NCBI GenBank assembly: GCA_030704615.1
Contig: CM060732.1
Span: 13,206,001-13,270,000 of the forward strand
DNA: 64,000 nucleotides
Direction: 5' to 3'
Source of the DNA: Takakia lepidozioides
Taxonomy: Eukaryota > Plantae > Bryophyta
Shown: in pieces, positions 27,429 to 40,319 of the stretch
Numbering within the stretch: position 1 is the first letter of the stretch
How the letters are laid out: every line of letters begins with the position of its first letter
Notes under the pieces: model-generated
What the model saw: the letters and a program-made list of their open reading frames with translations, nothing else
Told to the model about the DNA's origin: nothing
Database searches by the model: none
Translations under genes and position numbers: made by a program

Positions 27429-30400
27429 TCAACCCTTCAATCTGGGACGCCCAACTTGACGAAGTGCATGCAAAATAGACGAAGATGGAGGGATTGCTGA
27501 GACTTTTTTGGATCTAAGACGTCTTGATTTCCGTGACATAGAAACCTCTACCCAATCCTTTCTTCTCTTCAAACTCATTCCCGATCCATCCTGAACACGT
27601 TCAAACCTACTTACAAGATGTGGATGGAGAAGACCCATGGCCATGCGTGTGGCCATTTGCGTTAGTTTTCCTCTCGTGACATGAAGGTCACTCAAAAAGA
27701 TGGTTCTGAAGGGCCATGTTACCTTTCACACAGACTTCCAAACCGAGCATCTCCTCTGCGATGGCCTTCATGACAGTTGCCTGCGATTCATGGCGGGGCT
27801 GCTGCTCCCCTAAGACATTGCCAGCCGGAACCGTGTCTGGTGCAGGGGGATCAATGCCACACATGGGATCTGTGTCACACAGGGGCTCCGCAGCGGACAG
27901 GGGATCAAGGTCGAGCAGCTTGGGCATGCCCCCATTGAGTGTCCCAAGTCGTGTTCCACAAGTTCGGACAATTAAACCCTCTGGTACATGTGGCCGCAAC
28001 ATCTTGAACACCTTCATTTGGTGCTTGCATAGGTTCCATTCCATGGCGTTAGGGCAGTCACAACAAGCCCACTCGGATGCTCGATTGCATATAGTGTATA
28101 CAGTGCCTGGAGAAGACATGCTTTTTACCTTCGCATGATCCCCCGTGTGCTCGGGCAATTCCACGTTGGATTCCGGTATCTGCCCAGCCATCCACACCGC
28201 ATTTTGCACGAAATGTTCCATCCTAGAGTTGTGAACGAACCCTTCAGCTTTCAAGGTCGAAATGTACCAGTAATGTGTGAGGAGGCTACCTGTTAGGATG
28301 TAGACCAACCAATCCAGTCGACGCCCATCCATTTTTCCCGTCTTGTTTGGGACAAACGCCTCTTCAAGTTCGCATGGTACGCTTCAATTCCAGCATCCGT
28401 ATCTTGTCCGACATGTGGGATATTTCGAGCTCCAACAACCCACATGTCCACTTTCAGGATCCACCATTTGTGGATATACAAGAAGAACAGTTTAGCTGCG
28501 GGATACCTTGTTTGTAACTCATACAATCTAAACATAGCCCAGGCCTGCGAAGAGTCACCAATGGGACCACATTTATTGTACATGATGTCACCCATACCTT
28601 ACAAGACATCGGCCCTTAACTGGGCATCCTTGATCTTCTCGATGGCATTCCTCAGCCAGGCCCTTCGAACATGCCAAAGGCACAGGAAAACCGGCACCCC
28701 TAGGAACGTATGCCTGAATCATCCACAAAACAGCATTAGCAAGGCCACTACAACACCACAATAGGACCACCACAAAATCAGATACAAGTAAGAATCTCTG
28801 ATAAGTGCTCCCTGCTCGTGATCCCCTGATCCCCTTTAACTGAACCCCTGATCCCCTTTGACTGAAACCCCTCATGTAGATCCGGTGAAGGCAATGAAAG
28901 GGGAATACATGAGCCCTCCTATGGCCAATGAAAGGCCGATAAAAATCACATTGTCGGATCAAACATGTGCTGGTCCTGATCCCCTGGTACCCTGAGTGTC
29001 CGAAGTCCCTGATCACTGATCCCATAATTGATCCCCTTTCACTGATCCCCCCATGCAACCTTGGACTCCTGGACCCTTGATCATTGTCGGATGTGAGATC
29101 TGCTGCTCTTGATCCCCTGCTACCCTCCCCTGGTCCCCTGATCCCTGATCCCATAATCGATCCCCTTTCACTGATCCCCCATGCAACCGTACACTCTTGG
29201 TCCCCTCTACACGGATCCCCTGGCAAGAAACATTGTGACTGTTCCCCTCTCAGTGCTCCCCTCATGCAGAATCAGGTAAGGCAATGGAAGTTCATCGGTA
29301 GGGGGGAGGGATTGAGAACAAACCGAATGGCGTTAATCTCAGCATTGGCATCATCCACAATGAATGCGTTGGGACGCCAATCCGGCTGATCGGCCTGGAG
29401 CCTTTGACGTAGAGCCAATATCCAACTTGACAAATCGTTGGCATTGTTTCTTGAAGATATTATGTATGCAACAGGGATGCCGTTCAGCCAAATGTCGAAG
29501 ACCATAAGAGTATACATGGCATACTGCACACAAAGACGAAAATGTGCAATGTAAGTACTTTTGTTTTGAAAATAGGCGAAACATTTTACTGAAATTAATG
29601 ACAAGAAATCACAGGAGGTGAACCCCGAACCCTGCAACCCCTTCTGTTCTCATTTTAGTATTATGTGATCCCCCCTGTGGGCTATGCTATGATCCCCTGG
29701 AAGGAGACCATCCCTCCATCATTCCTCTCTATAACTCCCCAAGGCATGCATTTGCTAAGTTGTCTTCCCTCCTGCCTGCGCACTCCTCACTACGAATCAC
29801 ACAAGTACACGTCATGGTCCCAAAATGGTCCCAACATATACAGAGCAGTATACATAATGGAGTTTGGCCTATGTGTCTAGTCCCCTAATGGGCTGAGGCA
29901 GCCGTGGTATCGAATCCGATAGGGGGATTAATAGGTCACTAGTGATGACCCAATGTCGTGATCCCCTGCACATCGGATAAGGCTATGGTCCCCCTGTGCC
30001 CCTGCTCTCCACTGATCCCCTTCACAATGAAAGATGCTATGCTCTCATGCTCCCAGGAGTCCATGCCGTCGATTCTACACACCTTGTGTTCATTCGTTCC
30101 GAAGGTTGCATCACAAGAGACGATACGTTTGTCACCCATTTGGAGCATTGTTTTTTTCTGAAATTCTGTTTGAATGCCAATGGCAAATTTGAGGTCAACA
30201 TTGCCGCACCGTGTTCCTCCAGCAGGGGCATTGGGCGTGTCCTCTTGATAGAAGAAAACACTCTGGGGCTGGGCCTCCTTCCACATCTTCAGACTGGTCC
30301 CCTCGTCCTTATGTCGCTTGAAAGTCTCACATGCCAGCTTGTCCATGATGTTTCTAATGTCATGCTCAAGCACAACATCATCACGACACCACTTCTCTCC

Positions 30401-31313
30401 ATTGACCTTGTTGTCAAATACCTATTGTTCATGTTGGGCCATGATTTCAGCAGGTGACAACCCAACACATATGCTATCCGTTATCCACATCTTAACCTCT
30501 TCACTAAGGTGAGGTGCGTGAGCGAAACGGGTGTTACTTGGAGTCGGGTCAATGTGGCCATGGCAGACCTTGTCACATCCATCAACATGGTTTTTGTTGT
30601 AGTATGTTATGACAGCAAGAGAAGGATCCAGGTAGCATCGTCCAATCCTAAACTGACAGAGGCAACCCCTCTTGATGGACTCTCCCTGAACGTCTTTCTT
30701 CCGTCTCGGCCCTTTGTGGTTGTTGTAAGAAGGCGATGAAACATCCAGCACACACCCTCTCCTGCCGTTCCTTCTCTTCAAAGAATGTTTATTGACAAGT
30801 ATTGCATTTGTGCGCTTGTCCTCAGGTCCATAAGAACAATGGAACCTGAACAATGATGAGAACTATGTCGGCGGAGTGGAATACTCGGAGCAAGAAAGCA
30901 TAGCATTTTGACAAAATAGAAGAGCAAACAATGCAAACAAGCAGCATGCCATTACAAAGAACACATAGAGACCATCTAGAAACCACAAAGGTGAAGGCGG
31001 ACTTTATGACAAGAGAGCAACTATTGGCCCTTAGAGCTAAGAGCTCGCCCTCCTCATGCTTTTCCTTTTCAGGCACCGTTCTGTTGAAGTGAGTGGGCGC
31101 CTCTGCCCTTTCTTCCTCCCCTCTCACAAAATCGTCGATCCTGCTCCAAGGAATGACTGCAACATCCGTATATACACGATGTCCACCTCCACTTGAAATA
31201 GTTGGAGTCCATATAAGCGACCTGTGGTTGAAGGAACCATTCGGGGGGATTTGCAACGTGCCACGCAGCTGTGATAGAAGGAATGACGTGCGCAACTCCG
31301 AAGATCCAGTCAT
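27429..31313 (-). pseudogene. MULE transposase (DDE + SWIM zinc finger), 4 exons, inactivated
   Basis: Exons ~31313-31003, 30845-30083, 29523-29324, 28713-27429. Motifs FHCSYGPED, RGCLCQF, VCHG, CDATFGTN (D1), IVDDANAE (D2), LCLWHVRRAW (CxxH), GIEAYHANLK (E), SWIM CDCPNAMEWNLCKH. Stops at 30422-30424 and 28599-28601; frameshifts near 28335 and 27695. Confidence 0.92.
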
Positions 31314-31726
31314 GATGCCTGGCACCCCTGCATGAACAGTACACATCCACAGACCACACGCATCCTGCAGAAACAGTACACAGCAGCAAACTACACGCGC
31401 AAGTACAGCATACACGCGCGCAAAGAGGATCAAATCTGCGAGCAGCCGAAAACCCTAAATTTCAATACATCCACTCTGCTCATCTCACAGACCAAAATGG
31501 CGGGGGACGTGAATGGCCGTTGGATGGGGGAGGATGACATAGATGAACAGAATGATAGCCACGTGCAAACAACCCTGACATTTGACACGTGGAAGGGGGA
31601 TCGCTCCCGGGGGGGGGAAAGCGAAAGGATGGGGGATCACTCCAGGTGGTGTGGGGGATCAACGGAGAGGGGACCGCCATGGGGGGAACGATCACCTGTT
31701 CCGCCGGTCGGGGGGAGCGGCGACGT

Positions 31727-32556
31727 GTCGGGGGACCGCGCCGTGGATGGGAAGTGGGGATCGGCGGCGGGGGGAGCGCCACGTGCCGTCCGATGGGTGG
31801 AGGGGGATCAGATACTACATTGGACGGGGATCAACTGAGGGGGGGGGGGGGGGGGGGGGCGACATGTCGAGGATCGGGCCGAGGGGATCGACGGCGGGGG
31901 AGCGGGAGGATGGCAGGGGATGAGGGGTGGATGACACACAACATCCACTGTTTGTGAGGTCGGATGGATGCGCAGGGGATTGACGGTCTGGGGGAGCCGC
32001 ACGTGGCGGGCGATTAGGGTTGGGGGATCACTCCCAGTCCGGAAAGGGGATCAAGGCGCGTCGGGGGCGACGTCTCGGGGGAGCGCGCCGTGGATGGGAG
32101 GAGGGGATCGACGGTGGCGGGAGCGCCACGTGGCAATGGGCGCGTCATGGGGCCTTCATCCATTCAATTGAGGTTGGATGGATGGGGAGGGGATCGACGG
32201 TTCGGGGTAGCGCCACGTGGCTGGAGATGGGGGTGGGGGATCACTCCGGCACTGGAAGGGGGATCAACCCAATGAGGGGATCCACAACGGGGGGCCGCCA
32301 CGTGGCTGGAGATCGGGCGGTGCTGTGGGGCGCCGCGCGGCCAGCGATGGGGCGGGGGTCAGGGGTCCCGGGCGGCAGGCGGGCGGGCGGGCGGGTGGGG
32401 GCGGGGCAACGGGCGGAGGGGTGGGGATGATTTGACATGGGGCGTCCAGCTCGCCGACGAGGCTGCCGGAGCGGGGGTTCCCGGGTGTACCTCGCGGGCC
32501 GTACCCATCAGCTCCCACGCTTGCAATAAAATCAAGCCACATCCATATTGGGACCG
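31727..32556 (-). repeat. Right TIR (~830 bp) of the MULE
   Basis: Reverse complement of 17418-18264. Confidence 0.92.
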
Positions 32557-33456
32557 CGTGCTGCCAATGCTACTTTACCCGCTCTGTTCATCCATAGGAT
32601 GTGTTTCGTTGGTCCTTGGCAGGACATTGCGTCCGCTGTGAGCACCTTTATGTAGAATGGGTAATAAATTGGAATAATGAATTAAAAATAATATTTTTTT
32701 TAATTTTTAAAGACTTTGTGTTTTGCTTTTTTCATTCGGGGTGGAGGGGAAAAAAGATATTAAAACAAGGCATACGGAGAAGGGAATCATATCCACAATC
32801 ACTTTACCACCTACCACGGGCCTACCCCTAAAGTTTTTCTTTTCAGTTTTTGGCTACCACCAAATCAGTAGCTCTGTTCCTCGACAAAATTTCCTAGGGG
32901 ATTTTTGGATTGAGGGTACATTCTTCAGCATTTCTGAGTAAGAATGGGATGGTGTAGATGTTCGCGGGCTCCCCTCATTTCAAGGGGGTTCACGTCACGT
33001 TTAAGGGCAGTATTCTTCATGGCGTGCAGGAAGTCTAAATCGCAGAATCCCGCCTACTCATGCTTCCGTCACTATGCGGCCAAGACCCAAAATGAGTATT
33101 TTCACTGTTTTTCCACCGTCGAAGGTGCCAATGAAGAAATAAGATGGGAGGTACAAATTATGAGTAGTCATTGGTAATCTTTGGACATAGGGTAGCCTCA
33201 CCAAGGCCCTTCTTTGTGTTTCAAGCCCTAAACTTGTGAGTTGCCCTCTTTCTTCCTTGTGTGTGCTCAAGCAAGCTCAAGACTCAAGACTACGAGTGGG
33301 CCGGTATGTCGGTACACACTGGTACGCCTATAGGTACGCTGGTCTTCATCTCTTGTTGCCTGCAGCCCAGCTCCAGCCAGCCTCCAAGCAAGCTCTCAAG
33401 GTACGCTGGTACAGAGGTACGCTGATACACCGTACAATTGGTACGCTGATACAATA

Positions 33457-35906
33457 GAATTAAATAGTGAACACTGGGCATAATGTATAATTCTAAGCTC
33501 TCTGGTACGTTGGTCCAACCTCCAAGCAAGTGATGATGACCAAGTGAGAGGAGTTTTCAATACGCCGGCAAAATATACAATGCAGGTACGTACCTCCTCA
33601 CCAATCCTCACTTTGATTCTTGCAATTCACAACTTTAATGTACTTTCTCCAAGGGCCAGGATCCTTTTAACTTTGTAAATCATTGCTTTACATCCAAGTT
33701 TATGAATTAAATAGTGAACACTAGGCATAATGTATTATTCTAAGCTCCCTGGTACGCTGGTCCAGCCTCCAAGCAAGTGATGATGATCAAGTGAGAAAAT
33801 GAGTTTTCAATACGTTGGCAAAATATACAATGCAGGTACGTACCTCCTCACCAATCCTCACTGTGATTCTTGCATTCAAAATTTTAATGTACTTTCTCCA
33901 AGGGCAGGATCCTCTTAACTTTGTAAATCATTGCTTTACATCCAAGTTTATGAATTAAATAGTGAACACTAGGCATAATGTATTATTTTAAGCTCCCTAG
34001 TACGCTGGTCCAGCCTCCAAGCAAGTGATGATGATCAAGTGAGAAAAGGAGTTTTCAATACGGTGGCAAAATATACAATGCAGGTACGTACCTCCTCACC
34101 AATCCTCACTTTGATTCTTGCATTCACAATTTTGATGTAGTTTTTTCGAGGGATAGGATCATCTTAACTTTGTAATCGTTGCTTTATATCCCAAGTTTAT
34201 GAATTAAATAGTGAACACTAGGCATAATGTATTATTTTAAGCTCTGTCGTACATTGGTCCAGCCTCCAAGCAAGTGATGATGACCAAGTGAGAGGGAGTT
34301 TTCAATACACTGGTACATACAAGGCAGATATGTACCTCCTCACCAATCCTCACTTTGATTCATGCATTCACAATTCTGATGTAGTTTCTCAGGGCCAGGA
34401 TCCTCTTAACTTTGTAATCGTTGCTTTATATCCCAAGTTTATGAATTAAATAGTGAACACTAGGCATAATGTATTATTTTAAGCTCCCTCGTACATTGGT
34501 CCAACCTCCAAGCTAGTGATGATGACCAAGTGAGAGGGAGTTTTCAATACGCTGGTACATACAAGGCAGGTACGTACCTCCTCACCAATCCTCACTTTGA
34601 TTCTTGCATTCACAATTTTGATGTAGTTTCTCCAGGGCCAGGATCCTCTTAACTTTGTAATCGTTGCTTTATATCCCAAGTTTATGAATTAAATAGTGAA
34701 CACTAGGCATAATGTATTATTTTAAGCTCTGTCGTACATTGGTCCAGCCTCCAAGCAAGTGATGATGACCAAGTGAGAGGGAGTTTTCAATACGCTGGTA
34801 CATACAAGGCAGGTGCGTACCTCCTCACCAATCCTCACTTTGATTCTTGCATTCACAATTTTGATGTAGTTTCTCCAGGGCCAGGATCATCTTAACTTTG
34901 TAAATCATTGCTTTATATCCCAGGTTTATGAATTAAATAGTGAACACTAGGCATAATGTATTATTTTAAGCTCCCTCGTACATTGGTCCTGCCTCCAAGC
35001 AAGTGATGATGATCAAGTGAGAAAAAGAGTTTTCAATACGTTGGCAAAATATATAATGCAGGTACGTACCTCCTCACAAATCCTCACTTTGATTCTTGCA
35101 TTCACAATTTTGATGTAGTTTCTTCAAGGCCAGGATCTTCTTAACTTTGTAAATCATTGCTTTACATCCAAGTTTATGAATTAAATAGTGAACACTAGGC
35201 ATAATGTATTATTTTAAGCTCTGTCGTACATTGGTCCAGCCTCCAAGCAAGTGATGATGACCAAGTGAGAGGGAGTTTTCAATACGCTGGTACATACAAG
35301 GCAGGTACGTACCTCCTCACCAATCCTCACTTTGATTCTTGCATTCACAATTTTGATGTAGTTTCTCCAGGGCCAGGATCCTCTTAACTTTGTAATCGTT
35401 GCTTTATATCCCAAGTTTATGAATTAAATAGTGAACACTAGGCATAATGTATTATTTTAAGCTCTGTCGTACATTGGTCCAGCCTCCAAGCAAGTGATGA
35501 TGACCAAGTGAGAGGGAGTTTTCAATACGCTGGTACATACAAGGCAAGTACGTACCTCCTCACCAATCCTCACTTTGATTCTTGCATTCACAATTTTGAT
35601 GTAGTTTCTCCAGGGCTAGGATCATCTTAACTTTGTAAATCATTGCTTTATATCCCAGGTTTATGAATTAAATAGTGAACACTAGGCATAATGTATTATT
35701 TTAAGCTCTGTCGTACATTGGTCCAGCCTCCAAGCAAGTGATGATGACCAAGTGAGAGGGAGTTTTCAATACGCTGGTACATACAAGGCAGGTTTGTACC
35801 TCCTCACCAATCCTTACTTTGATTCTTGCATTCATAGTTTTAATGTAGTTTTTTCTCTACGATCCTCTTTACTAAAGAATTCATTGCTTTATATGTGAAG
35901 TTTATA
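33457..35906. repeat. Tandem array, 10 units of 242-249 bp plus a degenerate 11th start
   Basis: Anchor gaattaaatagtgaacact at 33457, 33704, 33952, 34201, 34443, 34686, 34930, 35178, 35421, 35665. Confidence 0.97.
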
Positions 35907-36399
35907 GATTGAATATGGAACACCGCTCAAATGTTAAATTCTAAGCTCTCATATTCTAGTATAGGGGACGCTAGTACGCTGGTGCAGCCTCCAGCATCTA
36001 GCCTCCGACCTCGCTGGTGCAGCATCCAGCCTCGTTCATGGCTTCTGGAAGTAACTCAAAGGTGGGAAGACCAAGGACAAGCTCATCTCAACGACATAAT
36101 GTCTTTATTTGGCTCACAAATGTTGTTGTCTCCAGTTCACACCATGAGTTACCAAATCTTTACTTAAGCTAATGGCATTCTTTGACTTGACTTAGGCTTT
36201 GACTTTCTTTGATGGTGTGAATTTATTGATATACTACGTGAGGGTTTATGACCGGATGAATTGAGATTAGAAAATCGTTGTTTTGCAGATTTCATCACGA
36301 CCTTCCTTGCCCGAGGCTTTATCAGAAAGCCAAAATTCCGAAATAAATGAAAATTTCTCCGACTCTGCATATGCCCATCAACTTCCATCTTCCGGAGCT

Positions 36400-37740
36400 C
36401 GTGGTCCCTAAGGCAGGTCCTATAACCAAAGATTCAAAACTTCATGGAAAATTGGGATGAAATGGCTTATGCACTTCAAACCACCAGGTGGGCCATCTAT
36501 TGGTTTTATGAAATGTGTTGCTTGTGAGGAGTTTCGTATCAATTCGCCATGGGGGAGTAGGCTGTAAGAGCATGCAAAAGTCTGTTGTTCGTGATCATGA
36601 GAAAAGCTCCGATCATAAAATCGCATTGCTTCGATGTGAAGCTATTCATTTTCCTTCTTCTGGCTTGGTTCCTACTAGTTGAGAAAGAGTATGCAAGGAT
36701 CATCACTTGCATGAAGATTTTGTTTTTCATTGTGACTCAAGAACGTTCCATTCTAAGTTATGAGAACGAATGTTAATTCCTGAGGGTCTTGAACACCCTT
36801 GATATGCCTGTGAATGATGAATATGGAGCTTGTACTACATGCCAGCCATTTTGGATGTTTTTCAAGTGATAGAGGCTTATTGGTATTGCCAAACTACCAC
36901 CTTCCAATTTCAATTCATGCTTTCATTTTGTGGTTGATGTTTTAGCGGAGTTGAATAAGTTGAATCGGAGATTTCAATACGACATGATTGATATTTCAAT
37001 GATTGGATGCACTTTGGATGCAACTATTTCTATATTGAAGAGGCATTTTCTCTGTGGTCATGGTCCCAACTTTGGATGACTGACAAAGCATTTGGGACCA
37101 TTCTTGTCTGGAGCTTGGGTTGATGGCGCCTTAAGATGGAGGGCAGACAATAGCAGTGACGGTACAATGCATCTTATGCACCATGGACGGATTTTTGATC
37201 GAGATGACACGTTGCAAGAATGTAAGGTAATGGAAGCTGAGTATGTGCAAACGGTTGTGGATAGCTTGAATGAGAGATTTTCTAACCTTATTGTCTTCAA
37301 TGCATCAAAGCTCTTCAGTCCAAAGTATTATCCAAGTGATGAAGATGCTCGTATCTCTATGTGCGAGCAATGGTTGGAGATGTTGATCTTGAAATTTGGA
37401 TTGACAGAGGGTGAAAGTGATGCAAGCAGGGCTGAGTTGCCTGAGTGTGAAAACAAATCCTTGTTTGAGGCGTGGCGATTGTGTGGAGGCACCAATGAAT
37501 GGCACACTAACTGGCCAGTACACCTCATGCGTCTTTGGCAAAAGACACTTGTGATTCCTACAAGTACTGCAATTTGTGAGAGGGGTTTCTCAAAACAGAA
37601 TGCTATCAAAAGTCATTTGCGGTCTTGCTTGAAGTGGATACTTTAGACGCTTTGATGCGTGTGTCATTGTGTGGGATCAAGTTGGTGAATACGGATTGGA
37701 GGGCGGCGTTCGAGCAGTGTGGCGCAACATGAAAAACTGA
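36400..37740 (+). pseudogene. hAT-family transposase remnant (TTF-type Zn finger + hATC dimerisation domain), internally deleted
   Basis: RFKTSWKIGMKWL...MKCVACEEF...VRDHEKSSDH (ZnF-TTF-like) near 36430-36620; LNERF and LVIPTSTAICERGFSKQNAIKSHLRSCL in ORF 37092-37646. Probable right terminus (...ctagggacaagcctctg) near 37970; left terminus not found. Confidence 0.8.
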
Positions 37741-38048
37741 AGGGTTCTTTCTTTGGACTAATTGTACTAAGAAGTTCGCACTTCTCTATCATTTTTAATT
37801 TTAATTTCATATGATATGGTTGAGTGAAAGGTCAAAAAATTCTCAAGCTATCGTGTAAAGGTATTTTTTCAAAGTTGTCTGTCACAGTGAAAGTAAAATA
37901 TATATATATATAACCTGTCACAAAAAATGTAGGCTACCTGTCAAAAAAACAACACTAGGGACAAGCCTCTGTTGAGGCTAATCCTAGATTACAAATATCA
38001 CGAGGCGTTTAGGAGACATTAATGATCAACATTAATGATTCTTGACAG

Positions 38049-38192
38049 ATCAATGGAATGATCATTAATATCCCTTAAACCTTGTACATAGGTCGTGGCA
38101 AAGAACTCTATTTTTACCTCACATCAATGGAATGATCACTAATGTCTCATAAACCTTGTACATGGGTCATGAAAGAACTCTACTTTTACCTC
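38049..38192. repeat. Degenerate direct duplication, 2 x ~73 bp
   Basis: atcaatggaatgatca.taat.tc...taaaccttgtacat.ggtc.tg..aagaactcta.ttttacctc occurs twice in tandem. Confidence 0.75.
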
Positions 38193-40136
38193 GAAGATGG
38201 TTGATCAATCAATGTTAATCTAAGTTTTGACTACCACATTGCAAACTAGTGTAGGTCCCGTTACTACGTAAATAGAGCGCATAACAGTCCACTATGTGTG
38301 AAGCTCCTAATGGTAGTCGCACATTCCGGCTTAATCTCCGAAGGGTATGGAGTAGACTAACAAAAAATGAATAAATAAAAATTCCCCATACGGGTTTTGA
38401 CTAGCCTTTTTCTCTCACTTAACTGAGTCTATAAAAGAATTTAACTTGGGTTCAAGTAATATCCTTCATCTTTGCAAATCTAACTAAGTCCAATTCATCC
38501 TTGAAATAGTCATTTGATTAAAAAGAATCTCTTGAGGGCATTGTGACAAAATGGATATTAGAACGCTCACTAAATCCGCCCAACTTGACTAGTGACATTT
38601 ATAGGTGAGTTGGGACCAGTGAGTTGGGACCAGTAGTGACTACGTCTCAAATTTTGAACATTTTTTAGAGGGGGTACGACATTTTTTTGTAAAGTGGCAT
38701 AAAGTTGTTATGCATAATATTGCATGGAGTTGAAAAATTGGCTAGTTCGAGGTTATCAAGAGAAATGTCTAATTGTTTTTTCTAGATCAATATCACAAGT
38801 ATCCAACTCGAAAATTGCAGGACTCAGGATCTCAGCCAAGTTGTATTTTTCGCAATCACATGTTTCAATTTTTTATTTTTTATTTTGATAATATACAATA
38901 TAAGGATTATTGCATGTAATTGAGTGATAACATTAGAGTCCTACTTAAATTTTATGTTGAAGTCCCATGGTGTTTTGCATGCTCAGCAACTTGACAAATC
39001 ATTGAGTGATGGCTCTCAAATATATAAGTTGCTACTTGTCTTTAAGGGGTCCGATTTTACTGAATTCTCAAGGTCGGGTCTAAGGTGCTATGGCAACGCT
39101 GCTACCTAGCACCTTCCGTTTGGAAGATGGACACTTGGTCCATCAAACTTCAATCATGTGGGGTTTCAATAGTGTGGTACCCTGCAAATTATCCGACCGG
39201 ATATATATATAGACTTATATACCTTCCCAACATTGGTTGATCGCGCATAGTTACGACAAATAGATAGAACTTATAAGTTTAACCCCTAAACAACGCGAGG
39301 ACCTGAAACGGGTCGCAATTCCTTGGTGGGATTTTTTTAAGTGTCAAGGGCACCGGATCTGGGCGCTGTCCAAGCATGTTGACCGCCCACGTGGCAAACC
39401 AGAAGGCGTTTCAAAAAATGCATCATCCAACCTATAAATTTGCTCTGAATCAAAACTTCTTTTGGCAGTGTACTTACCATTGGAGCAAAGCATAGATTGA
39501 CTGTAGGAATTTGGATTCCAAGCAGAATTTCTAGACATTTAAGGAGCCTTGGTTCACTACAGCAAATTGAGGAAATCTACCCCCCAATACAAAGCACCCC
39601 CCTAAATTTTGGGTCGTTGACTCTGAAATTTTCATAAAGGACCTTCCATGTGCCCCTAATTGTGAATTTGGAGGCCATTCACCCAAGAGAAATATGAATA
39701 TTGGAAAACCATTTTGTGTCATATAATTTACATTTGGGTTCCAATTTTGTCATTTCCTTTTGTTATAATCTTCCATTTGCAACAATCAAACCTCTGCCCA
39801 AATGGGGCTTCATCCCCTTTCAAAAAAAAAAACTACCCAAATCTTGGGATGCTGTTCATGTGGTCAATAGGGTTGAGGTTGTAAGGTTCATCCAAGTGTA
39901 TGGATGGGGGTAGGAAGATATAGCAAGTTTAGTCAAGGTATATACTGTTTTTTTGCAAAAGTGGAAAAAGTTAGGGGTTAAACATTCTTTGGTAAATAAA
40001 CAAAAAAGGTTCGCTCCAGAATCAGAAAGGCTGCACCAGTCCCAGCTATCGAAAGAGACAATGTTTTATTGGCAGGTTGATCCATGATTGTCAACCTCAC
40101 ACTGTAGAAAAAAATCAACAATGGTATGGGTTTTAC

Positions 40137-40319
40137 CACTGTTGTGCGGGTATATCAGGGTATAACCATTTAACTATAACTGGACCCGGAACCCCCACCC
40201 CACTAATATTTTTTGGCACCTACCCAGACCTGGACCCAAGTCTGTGTTCAAAAACCCGGACCCGGATGTTCCAAATTTGAAAAACCCGAACTTAAAAAGG
40301 CACTACCGGCACAACATTG
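40137..40319. mobile_element. Small hAT-like MITE upstream of the CCD-like gene
   Basis: 16-bp TIRs cactgttgtgcgggta / taccggcacaacattg (14/16 match); internal ACCCGG repeats; TSD not preserved. Confidence 0.55.

Larger units (their letters stand above)
17418..32556. mobile_element. Full-length Mutator-like (MULE, long-TIR/foldback type) DNA transposon, 15,139 bp, decayed
   Basis: Termini CGGTCCCAATATGGATGTGG... / ...CCACATCCATATTGGGACCG; 9-bp TSD CGCGCTGCC (17409-17417) / CGTGCTGCC (32557-32565); internal DDE-SWIM transposase and Ulp1 genes. Confidence 0.95.

Noticed and set aside
33457-35906. CRISPR array or C/D snoRNA cluster (TGATGA in every unit)
   Set aside because: Whole units are repeated with no unique spacers, the context is eukaryotic, and no conserved box D (CTGA) or terminal stem is present.
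39340-40050. Element related to ~50775-51095 (shared gtgtcaagg.cacc and gctccaga)
   Set aside because: Matches are too short, with no convincing TIR or TSD.
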